64,000 nucleotides of DNA from Bacteriovoracia bacterium (GTDB lineage Bacteria > Bdellovibrionota > UBA1018 > JBFWNL01): NCBI GenBank assembly GCA_050251055.1, contig JBFWNL010000002.1, positions 448,001 to 512,000 of the forward strand. Reading direction: 5' to 3'. The position numbers and the translations under genes were made by a program. Under the pieces are notes generated by a model. That model did no database searches. It worked only from the letters and a program-made list of their open reading frames with translations, and was not told where the DNA came from. This document shows positions 57,071 to 64,000 of this stretch, piece by piece. Numbering within the stretch: the stretch's first letter is position 1; every line of letters starts with the position of its first letter.

Positions 57071-58885
57071 CTATTCCTTGTCTTCCTTCTTGTTCAGCAC
57101 GTTCTTGAGCTGGCTGCCGAGCAGATCTCCCATGGAGGTCTTGTTCGTGCGCTCGCCCATGTACGACTGGTAGTTGGCGCGCTCTTCGCTGCGGCCCAAC
57201 TGCTTAATCGACAACCCGATACGGCGCTCCTTCGGCTCGATCGACAGGATCTCGGCGCGAACCGTTTCGCCCACCTTCAGGACGTCCGACGGCTTCTCGA
57301 CGCGTTGATCGGCGATCTCGCTGACGTACACCAGACCTTCGACGCCTTCTTCGATCTCGACGAACGCACCGAAGTCGGTGAGCTTCGTGACCGGGCCTTC
57401 CACGGCCTGGCCTTGGCGATAACGGGACTTGATGTTGTCCCAAGGATCGCGCTCGAGCTGCTTCACGCCCAAGGAGAACTTCTCCGCATGCTTGTCGATG
57501 CTAAGCACGACCGTGCGGATCTCGTCGCCCTTCTTGTACTTCTCGGACGGGTGGTTGAACTTCTTGGTCCAGCTGATATCGCTGACGTGCACCAAGCCGT
57601 CGATGCCCATACCGATGTCGACGAACACGCCGAAGTCGGTGATCGACTTGACGGAGCCCGTCTCGATGATGGTGCCGACCGGGTACTTCTGTTCCAGATC
57701 GTCCCACGGATTGGCCTGCAGCTGCTTGATACCGAGGCTGATGCGCTTCTGCTTGGAATCGACTTCCAAGACCTTGCATTCGACTTCGTCGCCGGCCTTG
57801 AGGACCTTCGAGGGGTGCTTCACGCGCTCGGTCCAGGACATTTCGGAGACGTGGATCAAGCCTTCGATGCCGTCGGCCAATTCCACGAAAGCGCCGTAGT
57901 CCTTGAGCGACACGACCTTGCCCTTGACCGTGGTGCCGACGGGGAACTTGAATTCCGCTTCGTCCCACGGGTTGGCGGTGACTTGCTTGAGACCGAGGCT
58001 GACGCGTTCCTTTTCGCGGTCGTACTTGAGAACCTTGACTTGGATCTCGTCGCCCACGGAGAAGAGCTCGCTCGGGTGCTTGATACGGCCCCAGGACATA
58101 TCGGTGATATGCAGGAGACCGTCCATTCCGCCCAGATCGATGAAAGCGCCGTATTCGGTGATGTTCTTCACCGTACCGGCTACGATCATTCCTTCTTCGA
58201 TGTTCGCCAAGGTTTCGGCGCGCTGGATCTCACGCTCATGCGCGACTACCGCACGGCGGGAAAGCACGATGTTACCGCGCTTCTTGTTGAACTTGATGAT
58301 CTTGAACTTCAGGCGCTGGCCGATGAACTTGTCGAGGTTCTTCACCGGCTTCGTGTCGATCTGGCTGCCCGGCAAGAAAGCCTTCACGCCGATGTCGACC
58401 GAGAGACCGCCCTTCACCTTCGAGATCACGGTGCCTTCGACTAGCTGGTCGTTTTCGCAAGCTTGCGAGATTTCGTCCCAAGCGCGGATGATCTCGGCCT
58501 TGTCCTTGGACATCAGGATGTAGCCGTTTTCGATCTCCATGCGCTCGAGGTAAACGCTGATCGTGTCGCCGACGTTCACCTGCGGCTTGCCGGTGGCGTC
58601 CTTGAACTCATGCAGGGGGACCAAGCCTTCGCACTTGAAGCCCACGTCGACGGTGACGTGGTCGGGGCTGATGTTGACGACGCGGCCATCGACCACTTCG
58701 CCTTCCTGCATCGCTTTTTCTTTTTGATGTTGCTCGAAGAGGTGGGCAAAGCCTTCTTTGCCGCCCGCGGCCGCGCCGCTGCTATCTTCGTCATCGCCGG
58801 TAAAGGACGAGAACTCGTCCATCCAGCTTAAATTTTTCAGATTCTTGTGCTTTTTAGATTCTTCCACAGACTGCTTATTCACCAT
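57071..58885 (-). CDS. rpsA: 30S ribosomal protein S1
   Basis: Six S1 repeats (AFLPGSQ, YGAFIDLGG.DGLLH, EGLIHVSE, DGLVHVSD). Confidence 0.97.
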   Translation of the reverse strand: MVNKQSVEESKKHKNLKNLSWMDEFSSFTGDDEDSSGAAAGGKEGFAHLFEQHQKEKAMQEGEVVDGRVVNISPDHVTVDVGFKCEGLVPLHEFKDATGKPQVNVGDTISVYLERMEIENGYILMSKDKAEIIRAWDEISQACENDQLVEGTVISKVKGGLSVDIGVKAFLPGSQIDTKPVKNLDKFIGQRLKFKIIKFNKKRGNIVLSRRAVVAHEREIQRAETLANIEEGMIVAGTVKNITEYGAFIDLGGMDGLLHITDMSWGRIKHPSELFSVGDEIQVKVLKYDREKERVSLGLKQVTANPWDEAEFKFPVGTTVKGKVVSLKDYGAFVELADGIEGLIHVSEMSWTERVKHPSKVLKAGDEVECKVLEVDSKQKRISLGIKQLQANPWDDLEQKYPVGTIIETGSVKSITDFGVFVDIGMGIDGLVHVSDISWTKKFNHPSEKYKKGDEIRTVVLSIDKHAEKFSLGVKQLERDPWDNIKSRYRQGQAVEGPVTKLTDFGAFVEIEEGVEGLVYVSEIADQRVEKPSDVLKVGETVRAEILSIEPKERRIGLSIKQLGRSEERANYQSYMGERTNKTSMGDLLGSQLKNVLNKKEDKE

Positions 58886-58995
58886 ATTTTGTTGTTAGTT
58901 GCTTTCTTCTAAAACGAACGGGGCTTAGAGCCGCAAAGCAGCCGCGGGCCCTCGCTTACGGGGTATACCGAATGGGTATAAATGACCGTGGGAAA

Positions 58996-59024
58996 GGTAT
59001 AAAGACTTGGCCACCCTTTGTCAA
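58996..59024 (-). promoter_or_regulatory. Sigma70-type promoter of rpsA
   Basis: TTGACA (59024-59019)-N17-TATACC (59001-58996) on the minus strand. Confidence 0.6.
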
Positions 59025-59142
59025 AACGAAAAGCCATGATTTTACGGGGGATTTCGGAATAACGGCGTTTTCTCCGAAGGAAATAGAGTTGGATTTACAA
59101 TAGGTTACAGGATGACGGGCGGCTCCCTCTCCCGACGGCGCT

Positions 59143-59436
59143 TTACTTTAATGAGGGCGCCGGCACTTCCGCGGGCGTGGCGGGAAGTCCCGGCTGGCGC
59201 TTGATCCATTGTCCGAATCGATCGCCGCGGGATTCGCAGTTACGTAAAGCCTCGTCGTAGCAATCGCCGCGAGCTTCGTCGCCACTCAACTTGCCGCAGG
59301 TAACCTGCGCGGATTGATAACAGCCCGTCGCGTAAGCGAAGCGGGCCATGTCTTGGTTGGGCACGCTCAAGGTGACGGTAGCGCATCCCCCCGCACTCAC
59401 TGCGATCACGATCCCCCACGCAACGAGCCTCATCAA
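59143..59436 (-). CDS. Small Cys-rich lipoprotein
   Basis: Lipobox AGGC plus four further Cys; overlaps the GT4 stop. Confidence 0.65.
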   Translation of the reverse strand: MMRLVAWGIVIAVSAGGCATVTLSVPNQDMARFAYATGCYQSAQVTCGKLSGDEARGDCYDEALRNCESRGDRFGQWIKRQPGLPATPAEVPAPSLK

Positions 59437-60647
59437 ATCCCCCGCAGGCGCAGCATGCGCTCATAAAGCGTGAGGGTTCGCAACAGGCGCACCCGGCGGT
59501 CGTAGCTCTTGCGAATGTGCTGGCGTCCTTGCTTGCCCATCTGCGTGCGCTCGCGCGGGTGGTCCAGCAGGTATCGGATCTGCCGCTGCAGGTCGAAAGC
59601 GTCGTCGGGACGAATCAACAACCCGTAATCTTCGTCGCCCACGATCTCGGAAGCGCTGCCGCCGCGCGAGATCACGATCGGACACTCCATGGCCATCGCC
59701 TCGATCGCCACCAACCCGAACGCCTCCTGCCGGGAAGGCATGACGAAGATGTCGAAAGCGCTCATGACTTCGGGAATGTTTTCCTTGTAGCCCGCGAATA
59801 CGACGTGGTCCTGGATACGGAACTGCTCGACGATTTTCTGGAGCTCCTGCGTGTACTCGAGTTCGCTCCCCAGCGTTTCTTCACCCACGATCACGAACTT
59901 GAACTTACCCTTGTGCTTGCCTGGGTTCTTGAGCAAGCCCGCCGCGGCCTTGATGAAAGTCTCCTGGCCCTTCGCCGGATCGATGCGTCCTACTAACCCG
60001 ATCACGACCGTGCCATCGTCCGCCCCCCATTCCGCGCGCTGGGCGGAAGCGTCGATCTTCTCCGGATCGAATGCATCAAGATCGATACCGAGGTGAATGA
60101 CCTTCACCTGGCGTTCGCGCAGTCGGTGAGTCTGCAGCACGTTATCGCGCAGTACTTGGCTCATGACGACCAGGCAATCCACTCGACGATAGATAAGGGA
60201 ATGAAAGAGATTGCGTTTATCGTGACTATTCATGATGTGGCGGGTAGCCACGAGGGCGACGTTGCGGTGATTCCAGAGCCAAGGCGAGATGGAGCCCAAC
60301 AACGTGGTTTGGTGGGTGTGAATGAGATTCACCCCGTTTTCGGAAATCCAGCGGTGGATCTCGCCCCGCAACTTAAAGTCGAACGTGTCGCGTGGCCGAA
60401 ACGTGAGGGGATGCACGGTCAGCTCGTCTCGCCGGGCCAAGTGCAGATGGATCGGCGAGCCCTCCAGACAGACCACCTTCACCTTCAATCCCTGCTTACC
60501 CAGCTCAAGCGCGTCGGCGGCGGCCACCTGTTCCAATCCGCCCCATGAATGGGAAAGGCAGACCACCGCGCAGCTGAGGCGCTCCTGCAGCGACTTCACG
60601 GTCGCCTGCATGTCGATTTTAACGGTGCGCTTACGCGTGGTACTCAT
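59433..60647 (-). CDS. Glycosyltransferase family 4
   Basis: GGLE, GRIDPAKG, EAFGLVAIEAMA (EX7E). Confidence 0.92.
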   Translation of the reverse strand: MSTTRKRTVKIDMQATVKSLQERLSCAVVCLSHSWGGLEQVAAADALELGKQGLKVKVVCLEGSPIHLHLARRDELTVHPLTFRPRDTFDFKLRGEIHRWISENGVNLIHTHQTTLLGSISPWLWNHRNVALVATRHIMNSHDKRNLFHSLIYRRVDCLVVMSQVLRDNVLQTHRLRERQVKVIHLGIDLDAFDPEKIDASAQRAEWGADDGTVVIGLVGRIDPAKGQETFIKAAAGLLKNPGKHKGKFKFVIVGEETLGSELEYTQELQKIVEQFRIQDHVVFAGYKENIPEVMSAFDIFVMPSRQEAFGLVAIEAMAMECPIVISRGGSASEIVGDEDYGLLIRPDDAFDLQRQIRYLLDHPRERTQMGKQGRQHIRKSYDRRVRLLRTLTLYERMLRLRGI

Positions 60648-61734
60648 CTTTCAGCTGGACCTTAATCTCTTCCCATACCCGTTGTACTTCAATTCCCTTA
60701 AGACATTGAAGCTTCTTTTGCGGAGGTTGGTAGCATTCGTTCTTCTCGCAGGGCCAACACTCGACGGGGTTAATGCAGACCGCCACCTGGCCGGGGCCGA
60801 TGGGTTCGGTGCGCGCCGGATTGGCGGCGCCGCAGACGATGCGAACGCGCGAACCGCAAAGCGAAGCCACGTGCGCCAAACCCGACTCGTTGCAAACGGT
60901 GAAGCGCGCCTCCCGAAAAATCTTCCATAAGCCGCTCACCGGCCCCCGCGCGGTGAAATCGCGCACGTGTAGGGATTTATCTTCTTCCATTTCGGCCGCC
61001 ATGGCGGCTTCGGCCGGACCACCCACCACGATGCCGGGCCAGCCCGTTTCCTGGTGAACCATGCGCGCAAGCTGGATGTATTGGTTGAGCGGCCACCGCC
61101 GCGATTCGGCGGTCGCGCCCGGCGCGAGCACCCAGTACGGACCCGCGGGCGGCGCCAGGGTTTCCTTCGGCGCCCACTCCGCCATCGCGTCGAAAGCTTC
61201 AAGCTCTCCGGCGATTTTTTCATCGAGTGGATTTTCCGGGTACACGCCCCAGAAATCCTCGGCGCCCTTCATGCCCGGCACCGCCGCGCGCGCGCCTTTC
61301 GGTAGAAGGTTCAAATAGGCCTGCGCCCGGTGCAACCCCGGCGAAGGATCCCAAGGCAACGAGTCGTTCAATAACCAGCCGCGCCCCTCCAACCGGTAAC
61401 CCCGGCGAGTCGCCGCTCCCGCCCGGCGAAGGAGCCAAGCGGCGGAAAAGGAATTGGGCAAGGAGATCGCGAGATCCCACTTCCGACGTCCCCGCAGCTC
61501 GGCCCCGAACGCATGGATGTTCTGGAAGCGGCTCCACACCGTCGGACGCAACGGTCGGGGCAGGGAAATCACCTCGTCGACCTGACGACGGAACTGCACG
61601 CTCTCCACCCAAGGCGCGGAGATGGTCGCGATATGCGCGCGCGGAAAAGCCCGACGGAGGTAGTAAAAGAACGGATAGGCCATCACTTGATCGCCGATCC
61701 AATTCGGCGCGCGGACCAAAATCGACTGCATCAA
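60631..61734 (-). CDS. waaF: LPS heptosyltransferase (GT9), WaaF-like
   Basis: ILVRAPNWIGD, LPNSFSAA, PGA...RRWP, NESGLAHVA. Confidence 0.82.
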   Translation of the reverse strand: MMQSILVRAPNWIGDQVMAYPFFYYLRRAFPRAHIATISAPWVESVQFRRQVDEVISLPRPLRPTVWSRFQNIHAFGAELRGRRKWDLAISLPNSFSAAWLLRRAGAATRRGYRLEGRGWLLNDSLPWDPSPGLHRAQAYLNLLPKGARAAVPGMKGAEDFWGVYPENPLDEKIAGELEAFDAMAEWAPKETLAPPAGPYWVLAPGATAESRRWPLNQYIQLARMVHQETGWPGIVVGGPAEAAMAAEMEEDKSLHVRDFTARGPVSGLWKIFREARFTVCNESGLAHVASLCGSRVRIVCGAANPARTEPIGPGQVAVCINPVECWPCEKNECYQPPQKKLQCLKGIEVQRVWEEIKVQLKDEYHA

Positions 61735-61753
61735 CTTTCGTTATCCCCCGGCG

Positions 61754-62806
61754 CTAAGGTTTACCCGGCGTCGCCTCGATCAGCTCCGCCTTCACGGCCC
61801 CGATCTTTACCTTGGCCTCGAGCCGGATCAGGTATCGCCGTTCATCGTCGCTGTACCAGAGGTACATATCGCCCTTCTTTTCCAGCGCTCCCCGAAACTG
61901 CGTTTCGGGCCGCACCACTACCGCCTTCACCTTGCCGAGCGCGCGGTTTTTCGTCTCCTCTCGGCGAGACACGGTCAGGTGCAGGTCCCAAAGCTTTCCT
62001 TCGGAAACCACCGGAAACTTCGTCGTGGTTCCGTCCGAGAGCGGCAAGGTGCGGACGAAGTAGACGGAAGACACGCTATCCTGTGGAAAGGGATCCATGG
62101 GAAAATAGTTTTTTTCTTCCTTATATCCCTTGTCGCGATGGTTATTGCGATTCCAGAAAAAGGTTTGCTTCTTTTCGGAGTCATACAGCTCGAGCGAATC
62201 GCGGGTCTGCACAGTCTCGTCCAAGATGAGGTGGAACCGATGCGAAAAGAGCCCTTCGAAATCCAGGAAAGACTCGATCGTGTCGTTCAAGCGGTAAATG
62301 AAGCTAAAAAGCTTGGAGCTCACCGCCGTCACCTTGATGTGGTAAACCTTACGATGGTTGATTTCCTTGAACGGCAGGACTTCCAGGGTGAACGTTCCCG
62401 CTGGCATCCCAATGTAGGTGACTTCGTACACAAGTTTCTCACCTACATTAAAGGGGAACGCCCCCACCGGACGGCGCGAGGGGTAAGTGAAAACCTCCGG
62501 CGCGGGTTCGGGTTTTTTTGTTTTCGAGTTCTTTGGTTTGGCTTTCGGGTCTTCCTTGGGTTTCGTCGCGATCGGAGTCGGCGACCCCTCCGGAGAGACC
62601 GTGGGATTGGTCGGGGCGTCCGCCGAAGGCGCGACCGTGAACTTGTCGACCAGCTCTTTCGGCAACTCGGCCGGGAAATCCTGCTTTTCGATTTTCTTGA
62701 GTTCCGGAGCCGAAGCGCAGCTCGCCATCCCCAGCGCGAACGCCCCCACTACGCCTAAATATAATTTGCCGCGCAAAGTCAACCCACTGGTTTCGCCAAG
62801 TTGCAT
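61754..62806 (-). CDS. DUF3108 family lipoprotein
   Basis: Lipobox MASC, FNVGEKLVYEV...AG, D.VS..Y..R, WYSDDERR.L....KVKIG. Confidence 0.75.
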   Translation of the reverse strand: MQLGETSGLTLRGKLYLGVVGAFALGMASCASAPELKKIEKQDFPAELPKELVDKFTVAPSADAPTNPTVSPEGSPTPIATKPKEDPKAKPKNSKTKKPEPAPEVFTYPSRRPVGAFPFNVGEKLVYEVTYIGMPAGTFTLEVLPFKEINHRKVYHIKVTAVSSKLFSFIYRLNDTIESFLDFEGLFSHRFHLILDETVQTRDSLELYDSEKKQTFFWNRNNHRDKGYKEEKNYFPMDPFPQDSVSSVYFVRTLPLSDGTTTKFPVVSEGKLWDLHLTVSRREETKNRALGKVKAVVVRPETQFRGALEKKGDMYLWYSDDERRYLIRLEAKVKIGAVKAELIEATPGKP

Positions 62807-62862
62807 CCGGACATTCTAGCCCAGACCGGGGCCGACCGCTAGCTCGACCGCGAACTGGCTTG

Positions 62863-63783
62863 CTAATGCCGGCCGCGGGCGGAATCCCACTCGCCGGGCT
62901 TCAACGGACTCAAATCCCCCTTGAAGCGCCGATGCGACCAAAGCCACTGTTCGGGATGCGCCCGTACGTGCTGCTCCACCACCTCGGCATAGCGGGCGGT
63001 ATTTAGCGCCAATTCGCGGAAAGAATTTTCGTCGGAAATCCAAGCCAGCGCGGGGAAAATCTCAACCACGAAACGCCCATTGGGCAGACGGTAGTTCACC
63101 ACCGGTAGGATCGGCGCCTCGGTGCGTTTGTGCAAAGCCGCGAGCGCCGAGGAGGTACCCACCGGCCGGCCGAAGAACGGCACCCGCACGCCCAGCGGAG
63201 GTCCCGCGTATTGATCAAGCACGATGCCGATCGTTTTCCCGTCGCGCAGGAACCGCAAGATGTCTTTCATGGTTCGAGGCTCGTAGGTCCCCTTCACGCC
63301 GTACCGTGCCCGGCCGCGCTCGATCGCCCGATGCAGCCACTCGGGCTTGAGATGCTTCGTGACGATCATGAGGTCGATCCCATGCGTAGCGCCGGTGCCC
63401 GCCATGATTTCCCAATTGCCGACGTGGCTCGAAAGAAAAATCGCCCCTTTGCCCCGGGCCAGCGCCGCCCGCCAGTGCTCTTGTCCGCGCAGCTCGGACC
63501 AACGCCCCAAGAACCGGCCCATCACCTGTCCCGGCACGAGAACCAGGAAGATTTCCAGAAAAAGATTCCCGATGTGACGAAACGCTGCACGCTCCAACCG
63601 TTCTCGCGCCGCCAGATCATCGCCATATGCGATTTCCAAATTCTGCCGAATGACTTTGCGGCGAAATCTCAACGTCCGCAGAGCCACGCCCAGCGCGTCC
63701 CCCAGCCCCGTCTGCCACGAACGCGGAAAGCGGGAAAAGACCCACGCCTTTAAGGAAAAAAAAGCGGCCGCTATTTTCCCCAT
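62863..63783 (-). CDS. Lipid A secondary acyltransferase (LpxL/HtrB family)
   Basis: NLEIAY, HVGNWE, DQ, VPFFG, PEQWLWSHRRFK; ATG at 63783. Confidence 0.88.
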   Translation of the reverse strand: MGKIAAAFFSLKAWVFSRFPRSWQTGLGDALGVALRTLRFRRKVIRQNLEIAYGDDLAARERLERAAFRHIGNLFLEIFLVLVPGQVMGRFLGRWSELRGQEHWRAALARGKGAIFLSSHVGNWEIMAGTGATHGIDLMIVTKHLKPEWLHRAIERGRARYGVKGTYEPRTMKDILRFLRDGKTIGIVLDQYAGPPLGVRVPFFGRPVGTSSALAALHKRTEAPILPVVNYRLPNGRFVVEIFPALAWISDENSFRELALNTARYAEVVEQHVRAHPEQWLWSHRRFKGDLSPLKPGEWDSARGRH

Positions 63784-64000
63784 AGTACCCGGTCCCAATT
63801 TTCCCGCCCGCTCTCGAAGACGAGTTCGGGTTCGAAAACCACGAATTGATTCACCTGCGCCTTGGCCGAGGGAAACTCGCGCCACTTCACCCAATCCTTG
63901 CCGGTGAGCGCGATCCGGCAGCCCTGCGCGCGCGCTTGTTCCAGGATCTCCTTGGCCGTCGACTCGTCGTAACGAGCGTGGTCGGGAAAACTCCAATGCT
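63771..64000 (-). CDS. lpxK: Tetraacyldisaccharide 4'-kinase, C-terminal fragment (truncated by the window edge)
   Basis: Frame from 63998 reads HWSFPDHARY...LTGKDWVKW...RVLWGK*, matching the LpxK FPDH and T.KD.VK motifs; LPS context. Confidence 0.75.
   Translation of the reverse strand, partial: HWSFPDHARYDESTAKEILEQARAQGCRIALTGKDWVKWREFPSAKAQVNQFVVFEPELVFESGRENWDRVLWGK

Noticed and set aside
57305-58444. 379-aa plus-strand ORF
   Set aside because: Antisense shadow of codon-biased rpsA
58886-58990. rpsA leader lacking an SD
   Set aside because: A/U-rich SD-less leaders are already known for rpsA
63784-63996. 71-aa N-terminal extension of the acyltransferase in the ORF track
   Set aside because: The region encodes the LpxK C-terminus in another frame; the real start is ATG 63783

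Overview
A 64-kb GC-rich bacterial chromosomal segment. Taxonomy is inferred as Bdellovibrionota/Oligoflexia-like, from a TIGR02147-family gene, many signal-peptide orphans, a Csd6/Bd1075-type LD-peptidase and an HDOD/sigma54 signalling set. Housekeeping content: RadD-like helicase, tRNA-Pro(TGG), lysC, fabI, adenosine deaminase, a complete molybdopterin operon with a MOT1-type molybdate transporter, mpl, ssb, rsmB, sppA, rpsA and an LPS cluster (partial lpxK, lpxL-like, DUF3108, waaF-like, GT4). No CRISPR array, integrase or transposase was seen. The best leads are: (1) a PHP phosphoesterase / eukaryote-like glucosylceramide synthase / GH1 glucosidase operon suggesting a bacterial glycolipid make-and-erase cycle; (2) a ~1220-aa secreted RCC1-like propeller protein carrying 10 tandem two-cysteine repeats; (3) an unannotated two-hairpin sRNA candidate with a C-rich anti-SD-like loop; (4) two 22-24-aa hydrophobic small ORFs missed by the ORF track, one with a sequestered SD; (5) a riboswitch-like leader with mutually exclusive anti-SD pairings; (6) a secreted minimal pseudokinase. 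All family calls come from motif recognition by eye; no searches were run.
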